The notes under the pieces: generated by a model
What the model saw: only the letters and a program-made list of their open reading frames with translations
Told to the model about the DNA's origin: nothing
The model's database searches: none
Made by a program: the position numbers and the translations under genes
Shown here: piece after piece, positions 1 through 9,000 of the stretch
Numbering within the stretch: position 1 is the stretch's first letter
Layout of the letters: each line of letters begins with the position of its first letter
From: Candidatus Iainarchaeum sp.
Lineage (GTDB): Archaea; Iainarchaeota; Iainarchaeia; Iainarchaeales; 0-14-0-20-34-12
Assembly (NCBI GenBank): GCA_030649345.1
Contig: JAUSKK010000016.1
Span: 1 to 32,000, forward strand
Direction of reading: 5' to 3'
Length of the DNA stretch: 32,000 nt

Positions 1-6
1 TAGGGA

Positions 7-1275
7 TTATTTTCTAATCTCTTTCAATAATTTTTCAGCAATATCCATTCGCACTTGTTTGATTTTAATCATTTCTTCTGCAATTTTTTCAATTTCTTTG
101 CCTTGTGCTCCAACACTAACCGCCATATTTTTGGCATGCAATTTCATATGTCCTTCTTGGATTCCTTCCATGGCTAAAGCTCGAACCGCAGCAACATTAT
201 TGGCTAAACCCACACAAGCAATAATTTCTGCTAATTCACTGGCAGTTTTTATATTTAAAATTTTTAAACTTAATTGAGCCAAAGGATGTACTTTGGTTGC
301 TCCGCCTACAATTCCTACTGCCAAAGGAATCTCCATACTGACTTTTAAATTTCCTTCTTGAGTTTTTTCTGCCCAGCTTAAAGTTGTATAGTTTCCGTTT
401 CGTGCAGCAAAAGCATGCGCTCCAGCTTCAATGGCTCTCCAATCATTTCCAGTTGCAACAGTTACAGCACTGATTCCATTCATGATTCCTTTATTGTGCG
501 TGCAAGCCCGAAACATATCATTTTGTGCAAAATCAAAAGCATCCAATATTCGTTCAACTGCTTCAAGGCCGCCCAAGTCTTCTTTACTCCAAACACCACT
601 TACCTTTACTGTTCGATGAATGGCTAAATTGCTTAAAATTCTAAGTCTTTTTTCTCCGCCTGTGATTTCTTCTAAATTGGAAGAAATTTTTTCACACATA
701 GTATTCACTGCATTGGCGCCCATAGCATCTCTTACATCCACCAACAAATGCACGACCAAATAATTTCCGCGCTTTCCTTGAACTTCGCGTACTTCAATAT
801 CTTTGGCGCCACCACCCATTTTCACTAACAAAGGATCAAAACTATTTGCAAGAATTAAAAGCTCAGTCTTTTTTTCCAATATTTTGTGTTTTGCGGTTTC
901 AAAATTTTTTACCTTAGCCAATTGAATTTGCCCAATCATAATTGGATTCGATGCTTTTGCAGTAAATCCGCCAGTATTTTTGCATAATTTTGCCATATGG
1001 CTGGCTGCAGCTACAACGGATGCTTCTTCTACAACCATAGGCACTGCATATTCTTTTCCGTTAATTAAAAAATTCGGAGCAATGGCGTACGGTAAGCCAT
1101 ATACACTAACTACATTTTCTATCATTTTTTCTGCAGTTTCTATATGTAAAGAATTGGCACTACTACTACTTTCCAGTAATTCTGCTTGTTCTGCTGTCAA
1201 GCTTGCAAATTCTTTAATTAATGCAATTCTTTCTGTTCTTGTTTTCTTGTAATAGCCTGAAAAATCAGTAGTCAT
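7..1275 (-). CDS. hmgA: HMG-CoA reductase, class II (mevalonate pathway)
   Basis: 422-aa ORF with collinear class II HMGR motifs 'VPMVVEEASVVAAAS', 'DAMGANAVNT', 'GNDWRAIEAGAHAFA' and 'VGIVGGATKVHP'. The length is typical of class II enzymes. Confidence 0.9.
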   Translation of the reverse strand: MTTDFSGYYKKTRTERIALIKEFASLTAEQAELLESSSSANSLHIETAEKMIENVVSVYGLPYAIAPNFLINGKEYAVPMVVEEASVVAAASHMAKLCKNTGGFTAKASNPIMIGQIQLAKVKNFETAKHKILEKKTELLILANSFDPLLVKMGGGAKDIEVREVQGKRGNYLVVHLLVDVRDAMGANAVNTMCEKISSNLEEITGGEKRLRILSNLAIHRTVKVSGVWSKEDLGGLEAVERILDAFDFAQNDMFRACTHNKGIMNGISAVTVATGNDWRAIEAGAHAFAARNGNYTTLSWAEKTQEGNLKVSMEIPLAVGIVGGATKVHPLAQLSLKILNIKTASELAEIIACVGLANNVAAVRALAMEGIQEGHMKLHAKNMAVSVGAQGKEIEKIAEEMIKIKQVRMDIAEKLLKEIRK

Positions 1276-1372
1276 AGTCTATATTATTGCTATTTCAAAA
1301 CCCTTAAAAACAAGCGTTCGACAACCGCACTTATTAATTTCGTCAATTAACGTTGGAGTTAGTTTTATGGAT

Positions 1373-1678
1373 TTATCGTATTTGCATTTTTTTCTCTAAT
1401 TGTTCTAATACTTCCATTCTTCGCTCGATGTTTTCCAATTTTTTTCCAACAATATTTTTTTTCCGCAAATATTCGGTTTCTTGTTTAACTATTTGTTTAA
1501 GTTTTTCCCGTAAACTTTTTTCTGTTTGTTTAATTTCGGATAAATCAACTGATGTATCCAGTAAAGTTTTTTCAAATTCTCGTCGATGTTTTCTCATTTC
1601 TTCTAGTGCATTTTCCATTTCTTCTAATGCATTTGATAATGCGGATCTTTGATCTGCAATCGTTGAACTTGCCACCAT
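1373..1678 (-). CDS. Small cytoplasmic coiled-coil protein (hypothetical), last gene of the minus-strand surface-protein operon
   Basis: 101-aa ORF rich in E, K, L and R with heptad-like periodicity and no signal peptide or TM segment. It starts 7 nt after the stop of the upstream co-oriented gene. Confidence 0.5.
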   Translation of the reverse strand: MVASSTIADQRSALSNALEEMENALEEMRKHRREFEKTLLDTSVDLSEIKQTEKSLREKLKQIVKQETEYLRKKNIVGKKLENIERRMEVLEQLEKKMQIR

Positions 1679-1684
1679 TTCACC

Positions 1685-2698
1685 TCATTTTTCTATTTCT
1701 TTTGTTGCTTTTTCAAATGTTTCTCGTTTAATAGCTCCCAACTTATAGGCTTTTTCTAAAGCTTTAGTAGTTTCTTGGCTATTGGACTTAGTTTCTTGAC
1801 TTTCTGTTGTTTGTCTGTATATTTTAGGATTCTTTTCTTTAAAAACAAATGTATTGTGCTTTTTAAAAGCCTGGCTTGGCGGTTTTCCAAATCCTGTAAA
1901 TTTAAATACAACTAAAAGTGTTAGGGCTAATGCAATTAATCCAATCCATATTCCGTTTCCCCAAAAATTTCCTTTTTCTGAAATAGTTGCATTTCCGACA
2001 CTGGATTCACTTAACGCAGACGTTGTTTCGCTTTCCAATGCCGATAATCGAATATATATTTGATTGCTTAATTCTGTAAATCCCCCGTAATTTCTAGAAA
2101 TTACTTGCCGTCGCAGTTCTCGGAGTTGTTTTTGAATTTCTACCAGCCCGGATTCCATTAAATTTAAGCCTTGAATTTCTCCGCGTACAGTTCTTACTTC
2201 TTGAATTAATTTTTCAATTCGTAAAGTCTGCGAACTTAATTCATCCAAAGTTTTGTAGTAATAATTAATTCCGTCTTCTACATATAGATTGCACGATGCA
2301 GGCAAGTCTGCATTCGGCAAGCTAAGCACTGCATTAATCTGATACGTGCCCAATTCAGCGTCTTTTTCTAGAACTATTTTTTTTTCAATGGTTTGTTTTT
2401 CTTTAGATTTTAATTCAAATGGAATAGATTCGCGTTGAATTCTGTCTGTTTTTGGGTTAACTACTGAAAACAAAATCTGTCCTTTTAACAAAACTGTTTC
2501 TGATTTATTTTCCAAGTAAATTTGGGCAGAAACAGTATTTCCCGGCAAGCTTACATTTTGCAGGCATTCCAAACGAAATTCTAATGGTTCAATCTGGTCT
2601 ATTTCATTGGCTGTTGTTTGAGCATAGGCTGACCCAATCAATATAATCAGCATAATTATGAAAAGTACTTTATTTGGTTTCATAATTTCCCTTTCCAA
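1685..2698 (-). CDS. Membrane-anchored surface protein: signal peptide, Ig-like (CARDB-type) domain, coiled-coil stalk, TM helix, cytoplasmic tail ending in a SHOCT-like motif
   Basis: 337-aa ORF. The signal peptide is 'MKPNKVLFIIMLIILIGSAYA', so the real start is probably Met6 at ~2683. The beta-rich region includes 'GTYQINAVLSL', followed by a coiled coil. The TM helix is 'GIWIGLIALALTLLVVFKF'. The C-terminal 'LEKAYKLGAIKRETFEKATKEI' resembles the SHOCT consensus. Confidence 0.75.
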   Translation of the reverse strand: MEREIMKPNKVLFIIMLIILIGSAYAQTTANEIDQIEPLEFRLECLQNVSLPGNTVSAQIYLENKSETVLLKGQILFSVVNPKTDRIQRESIPFELKSKEKQTIEKKIVLEKDAELGTYQINAVLSLPNADLPASCNLYVEDGINYYYKTLDELSSQTLRIEKLIQEVRTVRGEIQGLNLMESGLVEIQKQLRELRRQVISRNYGGFTELSNQIYIRLSALESETTSALSESSVGNATISEKGNFWGNGIWIGLIALALTLLVVFKFTGFGKPPSQAFKKHNTFVFKEKNPKIYRQTTESQETKSNSQETTKALEKAYKLGAIKRETFEKATKEIEK

Positions 2699-4121
2699 AT
2701 TTAGTTTGATGCACTAGCAATAATGCTCCAATAATTATAATAGTTATTGTTCCTAAAATCCATGCTATTGGAAAGGATGAATCGCGATTCAAGAGTGTTC
2801 CATCCAATGCCTGTAAACCAACCAGTGCCGATGAAATTCGAGTAAACAATTCATCTGCTTTTTGATTAAAAGTTCCATCGGCTGCATATTGACTGGCCTG
2901 ACTTTTTAGCTGGCTTATTTGAAGCTGAATTTCCTGCATTTCTTGAGCCAGTAATGGATCTGCTGAATTGGTTGATTTTTGCAGTTCAACTAAGGCATTT
3001 AATTTTTGAAAATCTTCATTTAATAATTGATTTATTCGCTGATAATAAGTATCTGTTCCTTCTAGGAATATTTCGCATCTAGCTTTTTGTTCTTGTTCTC
3101 CAGTTTTTCCAGTAACTGTAATAATATATTTTCCCAATGCTTGTGTTTCTCCAAATTGTACTCGTTTTTCAAATTTTTGTGATTGTTTTGGTAAAATAGA
3201 AGAAATCCATTGTTCTTGTGTGCTTATATTTCCTTGAATATCTTGCACTATCCAGTCTACAATTATGTTGTTGGATGAATTCCCTAAATTACTTAAATAC
3301 ACTGTTCCATTCCAAGCTTCAGGTGATTGCAATGCACGTTTCCCGCAGTCTAAACTTACATCAAAATCAATGGTTCCATTTACATGAATGGCTTGACTGG
3401 CAGTGTAACTAAAATTTAAGTCCTGAAAAGTTGTAATTATAATTGTTGCCACATAATTTCCAGGAACTACAGGATTCCATTCTTGCGGAAACACTGCACT
3501 TAGTTTTTCTTGCGGATTAATACGTAAAACTAATTCTTGAGTGGAAACAATAACTCCGCGTAATTCAGTAGTTAAACTTACAGTGTAATCAATTAATTCA
3601 CGTTCATTGTTTTTAATTTGAATTTCAAATTTTGGTTTTTCGAAAACTTCAATAATTTCTTTTTCGACTGAAAATTCAATTGCTGGTTTTTTTTGAATTT
3701 GGATTTTTTTTAAAGGTTGTTTTCCAAAATAACTTAAACACTGAACAGCATTTTTGCATCCATTCGAACCATTCATAATAAAATTTTGGCATTTAGTTAA
3801 ATTTTGACTGCAGTACGTATCACATTCTTGATAATTTTTGCATTTTTCAGGTCCTTGATATGCAGGCAAACCAGCCGAAGAACCTCCTCCGCTTGAAATT
3901 CCTCCAGTTCCGCCAGTTGTAGTAGTTTGAGTTGTAGGCGTTGGCTGAACTTGTGTGCAAGTAATGCATTGATTGGAGCAAACATCCGGGCAAGTTCCAC
4001 AATTAGCTTCTGGACCGCAAACCATCCAGCTGGCAGTAACTGAAGATACTGCAGAGTACACGGAAATTGTTAGAAAGACCAGCAGACTTAGACTTAATAA
4101 AAACCAGATTTTTTTATGCAT
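2670..4121 (-). CDS. Secreted Cys-rich surface protein with two Ig-like (CARDB-type) domains, a coiled-coil stalk and a C-terminal TM anchor (SlaB-like architecture)
   Basis: 483-aa ORF with signal peptide 'MHKKIWFLLSLSLLVFLTISVYSA'. It has Cys-rich modules ('CGTCPDVCSNQCITC'), a T/G/S linker and beta-rich repeats ('PGNYVATIIITT', 'GKYIITVTG'). A coiled coil follows, then the C-terminal TM 'IAWILGTITIIIIGALLLV'. It is a paralog of the 1685-2698 product across the Ig/stalk junction. Confidence 0.8.
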   Translation of the reverse strand: MHKKIWFLLSLSLLVFLTISVYSAVSSVTASWMVCGPEANCGTCPDVCSNQCITCTQVQPTPTTQTTTTGGTGGISSGGGSSAGLPAYQGPEKCKNYQECDTYCSQNLTKCQNFIMNGSNGCKNAVQCLSYFGKQPLKKIQIQKKPAIEFSVEKEIIEVFEKPKFEIQIKNNERELIDYTVSLTTELRGVIVSTQELVLRINPQEKLSAVFPQEWNPVVPGNYVATIIITTFQDLNFSYTASQAIHVNGTIDFDVSLDCGKRALQSPEAWNGTVYLSNLGNSSNNIIVDWIVQDIQGNISTQEQWISSILPKQSQKFEKRVQFGETQALGKYIITVTGKTGEQEQKARCEIFLEGTDTYYQRINQLLNEDFQKLNALVELQKSTNSADPLLAQEMQEIQLQISQLKSQASQYAADGTFNQKADELFTRISSALVGLQALDGTLLNRDSSFPIAWILGTITIIIIGALLLVHQTKFGKGNYETK

Positions 4122-4138
4122 GATTAATTATACAAAGG

Positions 4139-5080
4139 TCATTCTTTTTCTTTAACTTGTAGGTTGAGTTGAATTTGGTTTCCAGATGGCCCAATTCCGC
4201 TGGCTGCATCAAAGTATAAATTTTTGTATCGAATCTGCCATTCTGCTTTATTTTCTACAGGAGGTAAGCCCATGTTAATTCCAATAGTATAATTTCCTGG
4301 GCGTGTATTTGGTTTTAGTTTTCCTTTAATAATTATTTTTTGAGCCCAGGATGGGTCAAATTTTGGAAATGTTGGGCCTAGTAAAATTACATTGGGTGTA
4401 ATGGTTAAATCAAAATTTTTTACTGCTTCTGCATTTGGAACCAGTTTTAATCCTTGCCATGTTTGTACATTCCAGCCAGTATGCAAGAATACTACTGCCG
4501 TGAATTCTTTTCTTCCATTTAAATATAATATATCCCATTGTTCTGCTGGATAAGTTCCGTATCCTGTAACTCCCCAATAATCTGCATTGGGTTTAGCCCA
4601 GTATTGTAAAGCTTGTTCTTTAAAATTCGGATAAAATTCTGGCTGTAAATAATATTCTTCTTCCAATTGTCCTATTCCGAAATATTGTCCATTGGCTAAT
4701 AAATATGCAATTTCACTAAAATCATCAGGCACTGCTGGCAAGTCTGCAAATATGTCTTGTTCGCTTTGAAGTCCAAAATAAGCTGGAGTGGTTTCTAAAG
4801 TTATATTCAAATTTTTGGATGCTTGTTCAAATAATTTGTATCCTTCTCGTTTAGGTTTAAAAGCTTCTTGAAAATAGGTTTGTCTAAGCAAAGGACTATT
4901 GCCTGTAAATGAGTTATTTTGTGTTTCAGTCAATGAAATATTTCCAGTTGGATTAGGCAAAAAATTGAATGAATTATTTAATACAAAAAATACGGCCGCA
5001 ATAATGGCTATTGCAAAAACTATTTTTAAAAAACTAAATTTGGATTTATTGGGCTGATTGACTGTTGTTTCATTATCCAT
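4139..5080 (-). CDS. N-terminally anchored extracytoplasmic protein of an unrecognised family (domain X), paralog of 10926-11801
   Basis: 313-aa ORF with N-terminal TM 'FLKIVFAIAIIAAVFFVL'. It shares motifs with the 291-aa ORF: 'YYLQPEFYPNF', 'FLHTGWNVQTWQGL', 'LLGPTFPKFDPSWAQK' and 'PGNYTIGINM'. Confidence 0.75.
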   Translation of the reverse strand: MDNETTVNQPNKSKFSFLKIVFAIAIIAAVFFVLNNSFNFLPNPTGNISLTETQNNSFTGNSPLLRQTYFQEAFKPKREGYKLFEQASKNLNITLETTPAYFGLQSEQDIFADLPAVPDDFSEIAYLLANGQYFGIGQLEEEYYLQPEFYPNFKEQALQYWAKPNADYWGVTGYGTYPAEQWDILYLNGRKEFTAVVFLHTGWNVQTWQGLKLVPNAEAVKNFDLTITPNVILLGPTFPKFDPSWAQKIIIKGKLKPNTRPGNYTIGINMGLPPVENKAEWQIRYKNLYFDAASGIGPSGNQIQLNLQVKEKE

Positions 5081-5156
5081 AGTTTAACCCCTTATTCACA
5101 AATTAATTTAATATAGGGAATAGTTATGCAAATAATTTATTAATTGGATGTTTTGT

Positions 5157-5864
5157 TTAATTCGATCCTACTTGGATTTGAATTGCATGACTTCCTTGTG
5201 GTACTGCTACTAAACTGGTTGGGGTATATCCCATTCCATTAAAGTCTCCTGAAAAACATAATTGGTTGGTATCATTAATTCCTAAAGAGGTTACCAGTCT
5301 TCCTGCAGTAGTTTCATTAGATTGATTGAATTGCCTGCATACTATTTTGGTTACAGCTGTTGTGGCATTGGCTACATTACAATCTTGTCTCCATCCACCC
5401 ATTCCATTAACGTCTCCTCCGCCTGTGGGTGCAGCTTCACCGCAGCCAGCTCCTGTTCCCATCCATACTTTTAATACGACATTAACATCTGTTCCATTTA
5501 AATCCACCATAAAATTTCCATCAATATTGGCTGCTATATTTCCATTGTTGGTAATTAAAACAGGTGCTAAAGTTGAGCTTTGGCATTTAGTTGCAGCTCC
5601 TCCACCTGAACTGGAATTGGGTCTGGCTTGGCTTCCGTTTCCGTCAGCATCTGAATCCATATTGGAATCAGTTTCCACAAAATAGAATGCACTGGTAGAA
5701 CAAGCTGCTCCATAGGTTACTGTGTGACTATAATTAGCTGGTACTACCCAAGTCATTGTGGTTATAGTCGTTGCTGCATAAACCAAAGGTATTATTGTTA
5801 AAAATAATAAAAATATCAGGACTGCTTTCAAATCTCCAGAATTGCGGTCTAAGTGGGTATTCAT
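5157..5864 (-). CDS. Secreted or anchored G/T/N/A-rich Cys-containing beta protein, homologous to the C-terminal domain of the giant protein
   Basis: 235-aa ORF with N-terminal hydrophobic segment 'AVLIFLLFLTIIPLVYA'. The motifs 'AFYFVETD', 'NIDGNFMVDLNG' and 'NQLCFSGDF' align with 'KVYFETTD', 'SDINFTLDLNA' and 'LNVWLWADF' at the giant protein's C-terminus. Confidence 0.7.
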   Translation of the reverse strand: MNTHLDRNSGDLKAVLIFLLFLTIIPLVYAATTITTMTWVVPANYSHTVTYGAACSTSAFYFVETDSNMDSDADGNGSQARPNSSSGGGAATKCQSSTLAPVLITNNGNIAANIDGNFMVDLNGTDVNVVLKVWMGTGAGCGEAAPTGGGDVNGMGGWRQDCNVANATTAVTKIVCRQFNQSNETTAGRLVTSLGINDTNQLCFSGDFNGMGYTPTSLVAVPQGSHAIQIQVGSN

Positions 5865-6013
5865 TTTTTCACGTTGCTTATTTAGTAATGTCTTTACAGT
5901 TTAAAATACTTTTGTTATTTTTTTGTTTTTTGGATTTTTATGTGTTTTTGGCTGGTTTAAATTTTAACCATTTTTTTAAAGAAATTCGTGTCTTGCCGGA
6001 ACTCATAGAACAG

Positions 6014-6021
6014 TTTAAATA
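6014..6021 (+). promoter_or_regulatory. Candidate archaeal TATA box for the giant-protein gene
   Basis: 'TTTAAATA' ends 30 nt upstream of the GTG start at 6051. That spacing fits a leaderless or very short-leader transcript. It lies in the divergent intergenic region. Confidence 0.35.
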
Positions 6022-6050
6022 AATAAATTGCTTTTGTTTATGGGGTTTCT

Positions 6051-9000
6051 GTGTTTTGGTTGCGTTTATTTTTTCTAGTTTGTCTTTTTCAGTTTTTTCT
6101 TTCCCCGGTCTTAGCGCAGACAGATTCGTTTTCTCAAACTGTTCCTTTAACTCAATACTTTGTTTTAGATTCAAATCAATCTATGCTGGCAATGCTTCCT
6201 GCAGTCAGCCAAGTAAGTCCATTGAATTCTGTTCAAGCAATTCAATTTCAAGTTCCTATTTTTGTTGATTCCAATACTCAATTTTCGAAAGCAGTATTTT
6301 CTTTTTCTGAACTGCCGTTAAATCAAAAAACACCCACTGCATTAATTTCTTTACTGCCGGAACAGCGTTCCAGTTTGTTTTTTTTAATTTTAGTGCTGGG
6401 ATTAATTATTATTGTACTTTTCATTAAACCAGGTTCCAAGAAAAAAAATTTGTTTGCGTTTTTTCTGATTTTTTGTTTTTTGTTTTCATTGAATCTTACA
6501 GCTCAAGAATCTGTTTCTGAATTAACTCTTCCATTGCTTAAAACAGACCCTGAACTTGCATCTGTTTCCAATTCAGATTGGAGTATTCTTTTGTCCAATA
6601 CTCAAACAACTAATTTTTCTTTTTCTTTTTCAAATACCATTCCATCGAATTCAGTTATTGAAAATTTAAATTTGCATTTTTCTGCTCGTGCAGAAATTCA
6701 ATCAGTCAATAATTCAGCTGAATCTGCTTCAAGTGAAATAGTTAATGCAGGTGAAAATTCAAATGAAATTGAAGATTTAACTGAAACCATTGTTGAAACT
6801 CCAAGTGATTCTTTAACATCCAGTGAAGAAATTGTGCCCAGCGAAGAAACCTTAGTTCCTGTTTCGGATTCAGTTAATGAACCTGCACTTCCTGCAGTTG
6901 AATCTGTAGATCCTGTTAGTGAACCTGTAGATTCTTCGAATGAACCATTAACTTCTTCCGATGCAAATTCTCCTGAAACTATTTTAACCTCTTCTTCTGT
7001 TTCTGAACTTCAATCCAATTCGAATTCCGTAATTTTTTTTGCAGATGTTGATTCAGAATTTATTTCCGAAAATTTATCTGCAGAAAATGTTCCTTTAGCT
7101 TTTTTATCCATTGATTTTTGGAATGGCTCTGCATGGGTTCCTGTTTTAGATTGCCAAGATTTGAATATTTTTTCAACCATCCAAGATACTGTATGCGATC
7201 TTTCTTCTGTTATTCCAGTTCTTTCTTCCGAGCCCATTGTCTTAGGTTTTCGGGTAACTCCTTTACAGGAAAATGTTACTCTTTTTTTAACCAACACTGC
7301 TTTAAAATCTCTAATTTCTTCTTCAAATTCAGGAACAGCTCAAATTACGGTATATTATAAAACAACCGAAGGACTTCAGTCTTTGCCGGATTGTGTAAAT
7401 CTTGATTTTTCTTTTAAAACTTTTTCTTGTGACTTTTCTTCTTTTTTTAAAAATTCTTCCGGCATTCAAAATTTAATTTTTGAAATCCATACTCAGCAAA
7501 CTTCTGGTTCAGTTCAAGCTGGTTTAAATTCAGCCCAGCTTGATTTTTCGTATTCTTCTTTAAACCCGAATGCAGTTCATCTTGCAACTTTACTTTCAGA
7601 CCGACAACCAGTGCTTGACTTTGATTCTGTTCTTATAACTGGTTCTGAGTTTACTTTGGATCAGAATGTTTTCAGTGTTTTTTCTATTGTAAATCCTGTT
7701 CTAAATTCTTTGCAAATCAAAAAATCTTCTTTGACTGCCGAACCTACTCAAATGTCCATTCAGTCTTTGCCTGTATCCATTCCTGCTCCAGAAGGCATAA
7801 AATGGCAGAATGTTTTTGCTGTCAATTTTGGAGATTCTAATTTTTCCGAAGCTGTTTTTCAAATTAAAGATTCAAATGCTTTAATTTATTTTTGTTCTGA
7901 ATTTAATTTTGAAAAAAATATATGTGCTTTAGACTGGATCAAACTTAACACTGGCAAGTCTGTGTTCATTCCTTCTCCAGGTGTTTTAGGATTCGGAATT
8001 CAGGATATTTCTTTTATTCATGGTTTTGTTTGCTTGAATTGCGATTCCAAGAATTCTTCAGCTAAAGATATTCAAGTTAATGTTAAAGTATTCAATGCCG
8101 GCAGTCAAACAGATGTAAATTTAACCAGTTTTTTTCCAGTTGCTTTGGAAGTAATTGATTCCAATCAAGGTTTGGTTTTAGATCATAATAGTGAATTCCG
8201 AAAAATTGTTTGGCAGAATCTTTCATTTGAAAATTCATTTACTCAAAGTTATGTTCTGCGTGTTTCACCTAAAAACTCAAAAAAAGCATTCTTTTTTTCC
8301 ATGCTTTCCAATTTGTCTTCGGATTATGTGCAAATGAATTTTTCGCTTTCTAGAAAAGAAAAACTTGTGCAAAAATTTGAAAAAAAATCAATGCATGAAA
8401 TCCGCAAAGATATCCAGAAAGAATTCAAAACCATTGTCAAAAAACATGCGTTTGAATCCGATGAAGCTGTATTGCTGCCGTTTAAAAAATCTGAATTAGA
8501 CACTGTTTTAAGTGCTCAAGACTTTTCAGAATTTACCAATTCGGAATCTACCCATTTTTCAGAAAAAAGAATTGGCTCCAAAATTGTCCGGGCCGGCTTT
8601 TTCGGAGACACTTTGCTTCAGCCGGAAATTGTGGTTTCAGATTCTGATCCCAATGAATTTATGCTTTTAGCCAAGCCAGAAACCAATGAATTTATTCCCG
8701 GAGAATACAAAGTATGGATTGCGGTTGAAGAAAATAATTCTGTTTCGTATGAAGAATATTCTTTTTCTTGGGGTTTAATTACTGTAAATTCATTTAAGCC
8801 TTTATATCATCCCAATGAAAAAGTAGAATTGTATTCAGTTGTTTTGGATTCAGCTGGTTTTCCTAGATCGGGAGCTCAAATTAAATTTACAGTTCAAACT
8901 CCTTCTTTGGTGTTGAATTTTTCTACAGTCGATGGAACGATTGTGGAAACTTCTGTGAAAGGAGTCTATAAAGCAGAATTTTTAGCAGCTGAAATTGGAA

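Noticed and set aside
59-1252. Plus-strand ORFs (59-277, 415-627, 431-619, 980-1252) inside the hmgA region
   Set aside because: They lie entirely antisense to a CDS with strong family motifs. Their translations are low-complexity and hydrophobic, as expected for shadow ORFs in AT-rich DNA.
5326-5685. 119-aa plus-strand ORF antisense to the 235-aa surface protein. Similar shadow ORFs are at 9668-9964, 10411-10617, 10686-10895 and 26050-26319.
   Set aside because: These occur exactly where the sense genes are G/T/A-rich. Locally higher GC reduces stop codons on the opposite strand. None has start signals or recognisable motifs.
5938-6268. 78-aa minus-strand ORF and 70-aa plus-strand ORF (6056-6268) around the start of the giant gene
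   Set aside because: Both overlap the signal-peptide-encoding start of the 1613-aa ORF or the divergent promoter region. The giant ORF's frame gives a textbook signal peptide, and the others give no recognisable features.
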